From Nitrososphaeraceae archaeon (GTDB taxonomy: Archaea > Thermoproteota > Nitrososphaeria > Nitrososphaerales > Nitrososphaeraceae): a stretch of 64,000 bases of DNA. The position numbers and the translations under genes were made by a program. Below the pieces are notes generated by a model. It had not been told where the DNA came from. It did not search any database and saw only the letters and a list, made by a program, of their open reading frames with translations. The stretch lies in contig DATFEP010000012.1 of assembly GCA_035250975.1 (NCBI GenBank), forward strand, positions 1-64,000, written 5' to 3'. Shown piece after piece: positions 10,949 to 22,021 of this stretch (positions are counted from its first letter, which is position 1; each line of letters starts with the position of its first letter).

Positions 10949-11359
10949 ATGACAGATATACGAGAGATAAGGAGAGCTTTTCAAGGATTACAAACATTGT
11001 ACGAGACCTATTTACCTAAAGTTGATCCAAGACTAATTAACGATTTGTTATCTAGAGAATTACAAGGGCAAGAAGCTGCACCTTTTTACATGGTAGAGAT
11101 ATTTACAAAATCTGGAATTGATGAAGAAGCTAAAAGAGAATATATAATAAGAAAAACAGGGATGGTTCCATCAATACACGATAAGGGAACACATTATGTG
11201 ACAAACCACCGTCTAACCCTAGAGTTGCTTGGGGAGTTGGCTGAACCAGAAGATGTTTTAGAAATTACCGGTGATTTTACTGGTGGTCTGACTGGAATTG
11301 GATCATCACATGCAAGAGAAAAAGAAGATAAAGTTTATGGAAGTTTAATTGATATGTAA
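10949..11359 (+). CDS. Hypothetical protein
   Basis: 136-aa ORF with globular composition; no motif recognised. Confidence 0.75.
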   Translation: MTDIREIRRAFQGLQTLYETYLPKVDPRLINDLLSRELQGQEAAPFYMVEIFTKSGIDEEAKREYIIRKTGMVPSIHDKGTHYVTNHRLTLELLGELAEPEDVLEITGDFTGGLTGIGSSHAREKEDKVYGSLIDM

Positions 11360-11382
11360 AAAAATATTTAAGATAGATTTTA

Positions 11383-11763
11383 TTATTTTTTGATTAAAGA
11401 TAATATGTCATTTATTATCTTATCATGATTAGAGTCTGTTTCCATTGTTACCAAGAGAAGATGATCGTTCTCTAATGGGATCGTTATACGCTTTATCTTT
11501 TCATACACTGCCATGGCATATTGACCTTTTCCAATTTTTGAGCTCAACGAATTACGTAATGACCACCTAGCGAGTGCTTGTAGATTTGATCTTTTTGTCT
11601 CTTCAGTGGATAGCAGATTAGTCACTCCTTCTCTTTGACCGCCATATTTTATGTCACCAGAATCATCGCAAACGGCAGCAAACCGAACCTTTGAATCCAG
11701 ATTCATAATATCCTTGCAAAGCGAATTAAAATCCATTTGATCATTAATAAATAGGTTAATCAT
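11383..11763 (-). CDS. Roadblock/LC7-like thaumarchaeal protein (DUF6659-like)
   Basis: VRFAAV...GGQREG..LL, YEKIKRITIP pattern; start may be the internal Met at 11736. Confidence 0.75.
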   Translation of the reverse strand: MINLFINDQMDFNSLCKDIMNLDSKVRFAAVCDDSGDIKYGGQREGVTNLLSTEETKRSNLQALARWSLRNSLSSKIGKGQYAMAVYEKIKRITIPLENDHLLLVTMETDSNHDKIINDILSLIKK

Positions 11764-12595
11764 ATAAATATTGTTTTAATTTGTAATTTTTAATGATTTT
11801 ATTCGATGTTAAGAATAGGTCCTATTTGCATACCAAACTATCTATACTATAAAGATGAGATTGACAATACTATAAACGAATGTACTATATATTAGCGCTA
11901 TCAGATACACGAATTAAGTGAAAATGACATGATCAAATAGTATAGGTTGAAAATGTAATTATCCCATATATTAGCAGCAAATGGGAAAATATATTTTGCT
12001 AATCAATGGGATATAGCATAATAGTTTTTTAATCAATTTAATAATGAAGCTTAAGTAGTAAACTTTTCTCTAACGTTATTACTAATTACGACCAAAAAAT
12101 ACAATATTTGAATAGTGTCACATGCGATTATATCTAGTTTTTATTGGTAGAATATAGAAATATAGAGTCATGGTAAATCTTATTATTTTATTATGTCTAA
12201 TCATAAGAGTCAATAAACGGGAATCAAACACAAAAATTATTAGTATCAATTTTAGTTCAAAAATATTTTATATTACTGGTTAAAAAGAATCGTAGATAGT
12301 ATATTCATAGGATGAAATCGGATATTGAATTTAGTCATTTAATTTAATCTTATTGAAATTATGTAATTCCAGCATTGAAGAAAAGTATGACGTGATTAGG
12401 CCATTAGTATGATCAGTCGACGTTCGATCTTGATGAATAATTTCCTATGTGAGCACAGTATAGAAAAAAATATAATTATACGTACAAATAATCTATTGAT
12501 ATAATAATAATAAAAAAATCTAAAATCAAAAAGTATTAGTTCTAGGAATCGAATATTTACTTGCAGTCAATTGACAGTTACCAATGAATATAGAA

Positions 12596-13246
12596 TTATT
12601 TACATTTGAAGGATTTATCAGCAGAGGAAGGAGAATTATTATTTTCGAATTTCCATTCATTGGCGTTCTTTACAGCATCAATTTCACACTTTGATATTTT
12701 TGTAGTAACCTCATTAACAACAGGCGACATCAGAGTATTTTTGAAATTAGCATGTCCTAATCCCAGAGAATGACCGATCTCATGTTTAGTAATATGTTCT
12801 AAAATAGTTTTATCTAATTTAACTCCGTAGGATTTTTTTGATAGTGATATTTCCACATGATTAATAAGCCCTTTGTTATCAAAATATGTAACTGTTTTAC
12901 CCACTTTTTTTCCTTTTCCTTTCTTAAAATCTATGGATATATCATGATTTACACTATCATCTACCTCTTGGAACTGTAAAACTGATACCGCATTTTCCCA
13001 GTCATTTAAAGATGATTTTACTATTTTATGGAGAGCATTGTCACCATTTTTAATAGCATAAGTGAGGGTTCCATCTTCCAATGTATGTCCCCATGTACAG
13101 CAAATGGATATTTTTTTCTTTGATTTATCATTTGACTTTTTAGCGTCTATTTCATCGAAGGTCAGATTTGAGGATACTAAAAATCCGATGAAAACCAGGA
13201 TGAAGATAAAATATTCTAAATTTAGTGTTACTAACATATGAATCAA
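12596..13246 (-). CDS. Secreted matrixin (M10) zinc metalloprotease
   Basis: Hydrophobic N-terminus; HEIGHSLGLGH zinc motif; Met-turn (TLMSP). Confidence 0.88.
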   Translation of the reverse strand: MIHMLVTLNLEYFIFILVFIGFLVSSNLTFDEIDAKKSNDKSKKKISICCTWGHTLEDGTLTYAIKNGDNALHKIVKSSLNDWENAVSVLQFQEVDDSVNHDISIDFKKGKGKKVGKTVTYFDNKGLINHVEISLSKKSYGVKLDKTILEHITKHEIGHSLGLGHANFKNTLMSPVVNEVTTKISKCEIDAVKNANEWKFENNNSPSSADKSFKCK

Positions 13247-13622
13247 TACCTTGCTAGATTCAGGAGAGATAAAGAGATCGTAAGTTTGACAGCATCTAAG
13301 ATGAAAATGGGATGAAATTTAAATGACAAATATGATAATAACATTGTATCATCACAAATAGACATTATAATCTATTTTTATATTTAACTATATATAGGAT
13401 CTACAATTCAATTCTCTATAAATATTACGTATAAATGTTTGATTAAAATTATATAATGTTTTTATTATATTTTATTCAAGTGTTAAATTTCATTGATTTT
13501 GGTAGGTTGTATATTGAATTACAAGAGATCTTCAAAAACCACACCTGGATATAAAATATAGATAATAATTGGGGAAAAGAAAAATCTCTAAAATTGGCTA
13601 TTATTTTCTGTTGAGAGTTTGT

Positions 13623-14207
13623 TTAAATAGGGAACGCTTCATCGGCAGGCGAGCATATACCCGTAATTGAATCTCCTTCTTGTGAATTAAAATCCTTAAT
13701 TGTGTCTTCAGCATCACACATAAATACGTCTACACCTTTGCCTCCCTCCAGTTTATCTTTACCCTTTCCTCCGTCAACAGTATCCATATCTTCTCCACCT
13801 TATATTTTATCAGCTCCTGCACCTCCCTTTATCTTGTCATTACCTGATCCAGCTTTGATCTTGTCGTTATCTCCTTTTCCTTGTAATAGATCATTTCCCG
13901 CACCTCGATTTAATTTATCATTTCCAAAATCTCCGTTTATCTTATCATCTCCAGTATCATCTCCAGTATCATCTCCAGTATCGCCTTTCAGTACATCATT
14001 TCCTAAGGCACCTTTTAATTTATAATTTCCATCTTTTCCAGAAATTTTATCATTATCTTCTGTACCTTTAATCTTGTCGTTATTTTCTGTACCTTCAATA
14101 GACACATCGACCGTTGGCTTTAGGGTTGTAGGATTTGGAAATGATTCCACAGAATTTGAATTTCCCATTTGTCCTAGTGTACATTCTGTTGTAGACTGGA
14201 AAATAAA
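13623..14207 (-). pseudogene. RTX/hemolysin-type Ca2+-binding repeat protein, interrupted
   Basis: GxGNDxL nonapeptide repeats continue in frame past TAA at 13800-13802 (GGEDMDTVDGGKGKDKLEGGKGVDVFMCD...); signal peptide appears truncated. Confidence 0.8.
13944..13979. repeat. 12-bp perfect tandem repeat x3 (ATCATCTCCAGT), encoding (TGDD)3
   Basis: Read directly. Confidence 0.9.
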
Positions 14208-14227
14208 TTAAGAGTATTAAATCATTA

Positions 14228-14452
14228 TTACTTTTTTCTTTTCTTCTTTCCTTCATCTATCTGGTATCTTGATCTTCCCATAAAGCTGTAACTATATGCA
14301 AGATAAATGAAAAGTCCAGTAATAATAATAAGTAATCCATAATATGAAAAAGACTCACTCATCATTATTGTTCCGACTGCCAAAACTCCAACACCACCTA
14401 GGAGGATTATAACGCCGATCTTTGCCGGCCTTGATAAAGTATTAAACAACAA
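14228..14452 (-). CDS. Small two-TM membrane protein
   Basis: Two hydrophobic helices and a basic C-terminal tail. Confidence 0.65.
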   Translation of the reverse strand: MLFNTLSRPAKIGVIILLGGVGVLAVGTIMMSESFSYYGLLIIITGLFIYLAYSYSFMGRSRYQIDEGKKKRKK

Positions 14453-15487
14453 AATTAATAGAATATTTGGTTATTTATTTTATAGGAAATTCATTAAAGA
14501 TAAGACATATAGAATTTCGGATTGTCTTATAAATAAGTCGCATAATTGTAAAGATTTTTTATAAAAATTTAAAGTATTCAGAGTGCTAAAATATCAAGTT
14601 CATTTCAATATCTAAGTCAATATCAGTACAAGATATAGCCCTAGAGTATAATATATAAAAACATTAAAGGAAAGTAAATTTATAGAATAAAGTTGCTGTT
14701 GTCAGGCAATGCTATTGGGCCATGTAGGTAAGTCCCTAAGTCTGGACTAGAATTTGTTTGAGCCATTACATTTACATTCAAATAGGTGATTGTTGCCTTT
14801 GCAATTCCAATGAATCGTGTTTGTTATTTTATGACTTTATTCGTAGTGTTGAATTGAATAATTCAATTACAATATATAAAAGGTACACATATATCTTGAA
14901 TAGTCATTAATTATAATCGGAATAATTATATTAATAATAAGCATGAATTAATTTACTAAAATAACTCTCAAAAATCATATCAAAAATATAAATAAACTAG
15001 TACAAATAAATTCTTATACAGCTTAGCATGTTAGATGACATCTTTCAACAAGTAATTTCTCATATCAAGACAGGATCATTTTGCTCTATAAAGTTCCATT
15101 TTATTATTGTGAATAATACATAAATGCACAAAGACAGTCCTTAAATACAGTGTTTCTACAGCATGACTCTTGGTGATGCAACTGGTGTAGTAATGGTAAT
15201 TAAATGGCAGAAAATAAGAAAAGATATTAGAATGAAGCAAAGAGAAATAATTAATAATCGTGACTGTTGTTATTTCACTTTCGTCACAAGAGAAAACAAA
15301 TCTGTAAAAATGTAGTATACATTAGTACAGACATAATAACAAAATCATTCACGGAGTGACTCCAAGTTACCAAATTATTTAAAAGATAGTAAAGGAACTA
15401 TCGTGGCTTGATTTATCCGGTATGATTAGTTTATAGCTCAATGTGAGATGATACTTTTAAAATAACCTGAACAAAAAATAAAAGGTT

Positions 15488-15712
15488 TTATTGTTGAGGA
15501 GAAATTATTATTATATTATCTCCTTTTAACAACATGTTTCCGAGAATTGTTGCTTGATTATTTTTATATTCTGTTGCATCACTCAGAATTAGATTCATAT
15601 GCTGATCAAATTTTTCCAATACACCTTTAACAATTTTATCTCCTTTTAATTTGATCATAATTCTCTTTCCAACATTTTCCTTCAAAACTTGGATGGTTAC
15701 ATCAATTGACAA
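15488..15712 (-). CDS. Sm/Lsm-like archaeal RNA-binding protein (SmAP)
   Basis: Sm1 G.LEKFDQHMNLIL.DA.E; Sm2 G.MLLKGDNI; TTG start. Confidence 0.92.
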   Translation of the reverse strand: MSIDVTIQVLKENVGKRIMIKLKGDKIVKGVLEKFDQHMNLILSDATEYKNNQATILGNMLLKGDNIIIISPQQ

Positions 15713-15935
15713 TGACCTGTATAAAATAAAAACAATATATAATTTAATAGATTCTGTTCAAGAATGAACTTATGCCAATACTTTTTGAAGATTGAATTAT
15801 ATTCTAATAATCTTATTTACTTTAATAATTCTAGCATACAACGCAATAATAATAAACAGAATGTATTAAAATGATTTTTTTAAAACTAGTCAAGTCTTTT
15901 TTATGTCCTTAAATTAACACAAAGAAAGATAAAAA

Positions 15936-17369
15936 TCAGATCAAAGATACATCGTGGGGTTGACTCTCAATATATCCTGCGGATGTAATTCTTATAAATT
16001 CAGCATTTTTCTGCATTTCAGATATGTTCTTTGCACCACAATAGCTTAATCCAGATCTCAACCCTCCGACCAATTGACGCACTATCTCAACCACACTGCC
16101 TTTGTACGGAACCATGGCTTCTACTCCTTCTGGAACATAATCGTTTAGATCATCAGAATCGACCACTTGTGCTCCTTCCTCTCTGTATCTCCTACCTAAT
16201 GAGGCGTAAAAGGAAGCCATACCTCTATAAATTTTATATTTTTTCCCATTTTTAACAAGAGTTTTTCCTGGGCTCTCATCTGTTCCACCCAGTAGACTGC
16301 CAATCATTATTGACGATGAACCCGCAGCAAGAGCCTTGGTTACATCTCCAGAATTTCTTATTCCCCCATCAGAAATTATAGGGATATCATAATTGTTGGC
16401 GGTTTGGACACTGTCAACAATTGCCGTCAATTGTGGAACACCTGAACCTGTTATTACCCTAGTAATACATATGGAACCTGAACCCACTCCAACTTTAACG
16501 GCATCAACTCCAGCCTTTATCAGATCTTCTGCTCCATTACCAGTAGCAACATTTCCTGCTATCAATTCACAATTTTTAAAGGCCTTTTTTATTTGACGAA
16601 CACAGTTAATGGCATTCTCACTATGACCATGAGCTATATCAACAACAATAACATCTGCACCTGCTTCCAATAATGCCTCAGTTCTTTCTAGATAATCACC
16701 CTTTACACCAACCGCTGCACCAGCCATTAAGTGACCTTTTTTATCTTTGGATGCATTTGGATATTGTTCCATTTTTAGGATATCCTTACTTGTAATCAGT
16801 CCTACTATATGTTCATCTTTGTCTATAATAGGTAATTTTTCAATTTTATTTTTATGGAGTATTTCTTTTGCCTCATCGATGGTAGTACCCGACTCCGCAA
16901 AAACCACGTCTTTGCTCATTACCTCAGATACGTTATTGTCAAAATTCCTTTCAAATAAAATATCTCTCTTTGTAACAATTCCAACGAGTTTTTTATCTTT
17001 TTCTACCAGTAAACCCGATACACCATAACCCTGCATCATTTTTTTTGCTTGTTTTATAGTTGAATCTACCGGGATTGTATAGGGTTGTTCTATCATCACT
17101 GATTCCGATCTTTTAACCCGTAATACCTCGTCTACCTGATCTTGAATCGTCATAAATCTGTGAATTATACCTATTCCGCCTTCTCTTGCAAGGGCTATAG
17201 CCATCGATGATTCAGTTACTGTATCCATATTTGCACTAATGATTGGAATGTTCAAGTTAATATTTCTCGATAACCGCGTTTTCAAGCTGGTTTGAGATCG
17301 TGACACAATTGAAGAATGTTTGGGTACTAATAATACGTCATCAAAAGTAAGACCTTCTTTGATATTCAA
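15936..17369 (-). CDS. guaB: IMP dehydrogenase with CBS pair
   Basis: [28 protein letters not shown] catalytic Cys, YRGMAS. Confidence 0.97.
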   Translation of the reverse strand: MNIKEGLTFDDVLLVPKHSSIVSRSQTSLKTRLSRNINLNIPIISANMDTVTESSMAIALAREGGIGIIHRFMTIQDQVDEVLRVKRSESVMIEQPYTIPVDSTIKQAKKMMQGYGVSGLLVEKDKKLVGIVTKRDILFERNFDNNVSEVMSKDVVFAESGTTIDEAKEILHKNKIEKLPIIDKDEHIVGLITSKDILKMEQYPNASKDKKGHLMAGAAVGVKGDYLERTEALLEAGADVIVVDIAHGHSENAINCVRQIKKAFKNCELIAGNVATGNGAEDLIKAGVDAVKVGVGSGSICITRVITGSGVPQLTAIVDSVQTANNYDIPIISDGGIRNSGDVTKALAAGSSSIMIGSLLGGTDESPGKTLVKNGKKYKIYRGMASFYASLGRRYREEGAQVVDSDDLNDYVPEGVEAMVPYKGSVVEIVRQLVGGLRSGLSYCGAKNISEMQKNAEFIRITSAGYIESQPHDVSLI

Positions 17370-17495
17370 TACTTCTTTATATTATAAATTCAAAGAAGGA
17401 TTATAAGCGTTTTGAACTTTGAAAATCTTTGAAAATCTATAATTCAAGAGGATTAATAGCGTTATTCACATACTAACAACGGGAAATTAAAAACG

Positions 17496-18359
17496 TTAAA
17501 TTGAGATTCTATCAAAACAGTTTAGAGTCAAAAGCATCTGAAATGTATCCTTGACATTATGAGTTCTAATAATACTTGCACCCTTCAAAACGCTAATCGC
17601 TTCAAGAATCAAAGAAGGAGCAAGTCTTTCTCCAGATTTCAATTTCAACAATTCACCTAAGAATGACTTCCTAGATATAGAGATGCACAGAGGATGGCCT
17701 ATTTTAGTTAAATTGTGTAAATTAGAAATGATACTAAGATCTCTGAGGTACCATGGAATTTTTATTTTGGTAAAAAAAGGATTATTGCCTTGTTGGCGGA
17801 AAAAACCGATAGAAGGATCTATTATAATATTTTCATTGTTTACCCCTGATTCTTTCGCTATCCTGATACTATCATATAACAATCGCTTTGTGTAAGAAAT
17901 ACTCCCATTTTCAGAAATTCTACGTAGGTTTTTCTCATAAGCTCCCAAAATTATCTTGACTCCATATTTTGCAACAATTTCACCCATCTTATCATCATTT
18001 TTTAGACCGCAAACATCGTTTACCATATCAGCTCCAAAATGAATTGCCTCTTCTGCCACGTCTGCCCTTGGTGTGTCAACTGAGACGGGTATACTGGTTA
18101 CTCTTTTTATAGCTTTGATGGCTATTCTTAATCTCTGGATTTCCTTTTCTGGAGAAATGATTGTATCTAGATACGGAGCAGTAGACATCCCTCCTACATC
18201 TAGCATATCTGCGCCTTCTGCTTCTATTTTTTTTGCAAAAGAGGAGACATCAATGCTTTTAGTCCTAATGGAAGCTTTATAAAATGACTCTGGACTGGAA
18301 TTTATTATTCCCATTATTTTGACATTCTTTTGCTCTTTAATTACCAAACAACAATACAA
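17496..18359 (-). CDS. folP: Dihydropteroate synthase family protein
   Basis: MGIINSSPESFY, DVGGMSTAP, SVDT, SISRKSF, IIRTHNV; exact start uncertain. Confidence 0.88.
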   Translation of the reverse strand: MYCCLVIKEQKNVKIMGIINSSPESFYKASIRTKSIDVSSFAKKIEAEGADMLDVGGMSTAPYLDTIISPEKEIQRLRIAIKAIKRVTSIPVSVDTPRADVAEEAIHFGADMVNDVCGLKNDDKMGEIVAKYGVKIILGAYEKNLRRISENGSISYTKRLLYDSIRIAKESGVNNENIIIDPSIGFFRQQGNNPFFTKIKIPWYLRDLSIISNLHNLTKIGHPLCISISRKSFLGELLKLKSGERLAPSLILEAISVLKGASIIRTHNVKDTFQMLLTLNCFDRISI

Positions 18360-18491
18360 ATTACATCACGATATACAATATTATTCTTTAAATCTACATT
18401 GAAACATAGGAATATCTCAGAAATAATTCTTCCGATCCAAAGATGAAAAGTAATATTTGAGGCAATATTCAATCTTAATTGAATAAACAAG

Positions 18492-19496
18492 ATGATTCTA
18501 ATAGATGAAGACAAGATTTTAGAGGTAATTAGCAGAAGAAATCCTTCTTCAGTTGCTCTAAATGGTCCTGAAGCTCTTTTCCCAAAAATTCAAGAAACAG
18601 CAAAAAAAATTATGGAAATTTATTCAATTCCCGCATACGTAATAGGCGATACATGTTGGGGGTCTTGCGATCTAAACACTCATGCGGCAGATATACTAGG
18701 AGTAGATTTATTATTTAACATTGGACACACTGTTTCGCTCGAAATATTTGGTAACAAGGTAATAATGATTAATGCGTACGACGATATAGAATTCGAGGCA
18801 GTTGCGAAAAAATTTGCTAGTGAAGTTGATAATCAAAAGATTAGATCGATAGGATTGGTTACTGACAGTCAACACCTTGAGCAAATTGAATCTGTTAGGA
18901 AGATATTGGAACAATCTGGTTTGAACGTGATTATTGGTCAAGGAAAAGGGCAGCTTAATAATGGACAAGTGTTTGGATGTGAATTTTATCCGGCATATGA
19001 TGTAAAAAACCAGATAGATGCGTATGTATTTCTAGGTCAAAGTATGTTTCATGCTGCAAGTATTGCGATGTCAACTGAAAAACCCACAATAATGCTAGAT
19101 CCCTATTTTAATGAATATAAAGAGGTCAACGATTACGCAAGAAAATTAGAAAAAAAAGCAATATTGTCGGTTTACAAAGCACAAGATGCAGAGAAAATAG
19201 GAATAATCATTGGTTTGAAAGAGGGACAATTTGCAAAAATCAAAGCATTGAAACTAAAAAAAATTTTTGAAGATCTCGGGAAAGAAATCCATCTCATTGC
19301 TATTACTGAAATAACTGAAGAAAGGTTAAGAAATTTCAAAGGTATAGATGCATATATTCAAGTAGCGTGTCCTAGAATCGCTACCGATAACCATTTCAGC
19401 AAACCTGTACTTTCAGTTCCTCAAGCAGAGGCTTTGATAAGAATTTTAAAACATGAACCAATGAATGATTTTTTGCAAATTCGTCACTGGTTATGA
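18492..19496 (+). CDS. dph2: Diphthamide biosynthesis enzyme Dph2
   Basis: Three Fe-S Cys motifs: CWGSCD, GQVFGC, ACPRI. Confidence 0.93.
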   Translation: MILIDEDKILEVISRRNPSSVALNGPEALFPKIQETAKKIMEIYSIPAYVIGDTCWGSCDLNTHAADILGVDLLFNIGHTVSLEIFGNKVIMINAYDDIEFEAVAKKFASEVDNQKIRSIGLVTDSQHLEQIESVRKILEQSGLNVIIGQGKGQLNNGQVFGCEFYPAYDVKNQIDAYVFLGQSMFHAASIAMSTEKPTIMLDPYFNEYKEVNDYARKLEKKAILSVYKAQDAEKIGIIIGLKEGQFAKIKALKLKKIFEDLGKEIHLIAITEITEERLRNFKGIDAYIQVACPRIATDNHFSKPVLSVPQAEALIRILKHEPMNDFLQIRHWL

Positions 19497-19523
19497 ATAG
19501 TCCTAAAATAAACACATAGTTAT

Positions 19524-19847
19524 TTGCGAAGGCAGCCTATTGGTACCACCTTAGGGAATAATCCCAATCTCACACCTTGTATGATCTACCACGTAGACGA
19601 ACCAGCACGGATACGTCACCTTAGGGTTGCTCCCTCCCGGACCTCACCCATTTCGAGGATTAACAGTCATAGCCATGCCTTCGCATAGCTTGCTGCTCAT
19701 ACCCATCCGATTCGGCGTAATTTCATTTCAACCCGATATGCAGGATATTACTCTCCAAGGATTTACCCAATAGTTACTGACCCTAGCATAAAGCCGATTT
19801 CCAGAGAAGGGTACGGCTAACACCCCAGTCCTACCTGCCTCCGCACC
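19524..19847 (-). ncRNA. ffs: Archaeal SRP RNA (7S)
   Basis: Minus strand has helix-8 motif GAGGTCCGGGAGGGAGCAACCC and helix-6 GCTATGC-GAAG-GCATGGC; 5' TGCGGAGGCAG pairs with 3' CTGCCTTCGCA; GC-rich island. Confidence 0.95.
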
Positions 19848-19880
19848 ATCTATTTGAAGATATTATATTATATTTGTTTA

Positions 19881-20813
19881 TTAATCAGATCTCAAAATCA
19901 TAAGATTCTTACAAACAGAGCAAATACCATTGGTAGATTCATGTCCACAAGTACTACATTTATTACTAAGAGAATCGTTAGAGGAATTTAACGTCTTGGA
20001 TATTTTCATGAGAGATTTATAGGTATTATATTTGATTCCAGGTCTTTGTTCTTCAAGTGAATTAAAGAAATTTCTCATATCACTTCTAATACTTTCATTC
20101 ATGTAGGGACATTGCTCAGATTGGAATGGAATGTTTTGTTGAAGTGCATAGAAAACGATTTCTCTTTCATAGATTTCTATGAAGGGTTTTATTTTCTTGA
20201 GATGATGAAATCCATACTGAATTGGTTCAGGATATATCCATCCAATTCTATTCACATCTCCTGAAATAATATTAATTAAGAACGATTGAAGTTGATCGTC
20301 TAAATTATGTCCGGTAGCTATAACATTCACTCCTAGATTTTGAGCTGCAATATCAATAGCTCTTCGTCTAAAGGTACCACAAATAGAACAAGAGGTCATC
20401 TTTTCAGAAGGACGTGATGAGATGGCATTATCCATATTCATGCCAAATAAATCCTTATAACCAAAAATTTCATTTTTTATATTTAACTTGGCACAAAAAT
20501 CCTTGACCAAGGTTAAAGATTCCTCCCTGTATCCTGATATTCCTTCGTCTATTGTTATAGCAACAAGGTCCTTCATGTTTTTTCTTTCCGTGATCTTTTT
20601 CATTATAGATAAAAGAGATAGACTATCTTTTCCACCCGAAACACCAACGGCAATTCTATCACCATACCGCATCATAGAAAATTTCGATATTGTTCTTGAT
20701 GTTTTTTCTTCTATTGAGAAAATAAAACATGACTTGCATAGATATTCACCAGAATATGGTCTAAAATAGATACTATTTTTATTATAACATTTTGAACAAA
20801 CAGGCTGTGACAT
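19881..20813 (-). CDS. tRNA 2-thiolation enzyme, TtuA/Ncs6 family
   Basis: Terminal Zn-fingers, SGGKDS PP-loop, CSICG, TGHNLDD, CPY. Confidence 0.92.
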   Translation of the reverse strand: MSQPVCSKCYNKNSIYFRPYSGEYLCKSCFIFSIEEKTSRTISKFSMMRYGDRIAVGVSGGKDSLSLLSIMKKITERKNMKDLVAITIDEGISGYREESLTLVKDFCAKLNIKNEIFGYKDLFGMNMDNAISSRPSEKMTSCSICGTFRRRAIDIAAQNLGVNVIATGHNLDDQLQSFLINIISGDVNRIGWIYPEPIQYGFHHLKKIKPFIEIYEREIVFYALQQNIPFQSEQCPYMNESIRSDMRNFFNSLEEQRPGIKYNTYKSLMKISKTLNSSNDSLSNKCSTCGHESTNGICSVCKNLMILRSD

Positions 20814-21047
20814 TATATCACTGAAATTAGTGAATATTAGTCATTATTATTGTTATGTAACTGCTTAATACATGTCTTCTCCTCTTATGTAGTATAATCC
20901 AAAAAACAGATAGCATTTGCTAGGAATTTCGGCTATATTAAAATCTGTACTGAACAGATGTATAATGAGTAGCAAATAATTAATTTTCTATAAATTAGAA
21001 ATATTAGACATATTAAAATTAATATAATATAAGATTAGATCTAATTT

Positions 21048-21548
21048 ATGAGTTTTAAACAAAATATTCTAGATTATGTTAATTATAAAATAATAGACGT
21101 ACTAAGTAAAAATTCTTCGCTGCCATTCGTCGAATTGGCAAAACAGATCGGGATTTCTGATGCGACTGTACATACAAGAGTTAAAAAGATGATATCTACT
21201 GGAATAATAAAGAAATTTTCTGTCATCATCGACAATAATTTGGTAGGATATGATCATTTGGCTTTTATTATGGTAAAATTGGAAAATGGAAAAACTGATC
21301 AAGCTGTTGCAATATTAGAAGAAATCGAACAGATTTTAGAAATACATGAGATTTATGATAAATTCGACTTACTAGTAAAAATTCGTTCAAAAAGTTTAGA
21401 GAACATGAGAGATATTATAGTGAATAAAATTTTATCAATAACGGAAGTTAAAGAAATTGAATTAATGACAGTCTTGAGAACCAGAAAGGAAGAACAAATG
21501 GTATCCTTACGAACTGAAATATCTGAAAAATCGAAAGATTTTTTTTAA
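21048..21548 (+). CDS. Lrp/AsnC family transcriptional regulator
   Basis: HTH ELAKQIGISDATVHTRVKKM...GII followed by a RAM domain. Confidence 0.93.
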   Translation: MSFKQNILDYVNYKIIDVLSKNSSLPFVELAKQIGISDATVHTRVKKMISTGIIKKFSVIIDNNLVGYDHLAFIMVKLENGKTDQAVAILEEIEQILEIHEIYDKFDLLVKIRSKSLENMRDIIVNKILSITEVKEIELMTVLRTRKEEQMVSLRTEISEKSKDFF

Positions 21549-21558
21549 GAAAAAAATA

Positions 21559-21774
21559 TTAATTTTTCTGCTTTTCTTTTTTTGAAGATTGCCACCAATC
21601 AAGATAATCATCATGCATTCTTTTTTTAGGGTCTTGATAGTTGATTTCAGATTTGTCTCGTAATTCATCCATTTTTTCACGAGAGGCATAGAGTCCACAA
21701 CTTCTACAAATAAAATTCTTTGTAGATGGTTCCAATTTCAGTTCTCCACCACACTCAGGACAAAATTTGGTCAA
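21559..21774 (-). CDS. Small zinc-ribbon protein
   Basis: CPECGG...CRSCG; TTG start. Confidence 0.8.
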   Translation of the reverse strand: MTKFCPECGGELKLEPSTKNFICRSCGLYASREKMDELRDKSEINYQDPKKRMHDDYLDWWQSSKKEKQKN

Positions 21775-22021
21775 TCGAACGATATTTACTCGTAACCTAA
21801 TAAAAGGATTATGAGAAAGTTATGAGGTATATCTCAAATGCTAAAAATTAAAAATATGATTATCTATTTTAATGTCTTTATTGAATTTCGCCTAAAAAGG
21901 AAATATCATCGTAGTTACATTTTTAAATATATTATTGGAAAAGGAATTTTCAAAAATTTGTACGGATCAAACAAATATATAACATTAGAGACACTACAAT
22001 AAAAAATATTTTGGGATCGAA

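Noticed and set aside
13800-13802. Programmed stop-codon readthrough (Sec/Pyl) in the RTX gene
   Set aside because: The stop is TAA, not TGA or TAG, and the gene has other lesions
13702-14025. Pro/Ser-rich 107-aa plus-strand ORF
   Set aside because: Antisense mirror of the Gly/Asp RTX repeats
16031-18282. Several 67-93 aa plus-strand ORFs
   Set aside because: Antisense to guaB and folP, with no motifs
19524-19847. GC-rich structured island as a novel ncRNA or RNase P RNA
   Set aside because: Helix-6 and helix-8 signatures and terminal pairing identify it as SRP RNA
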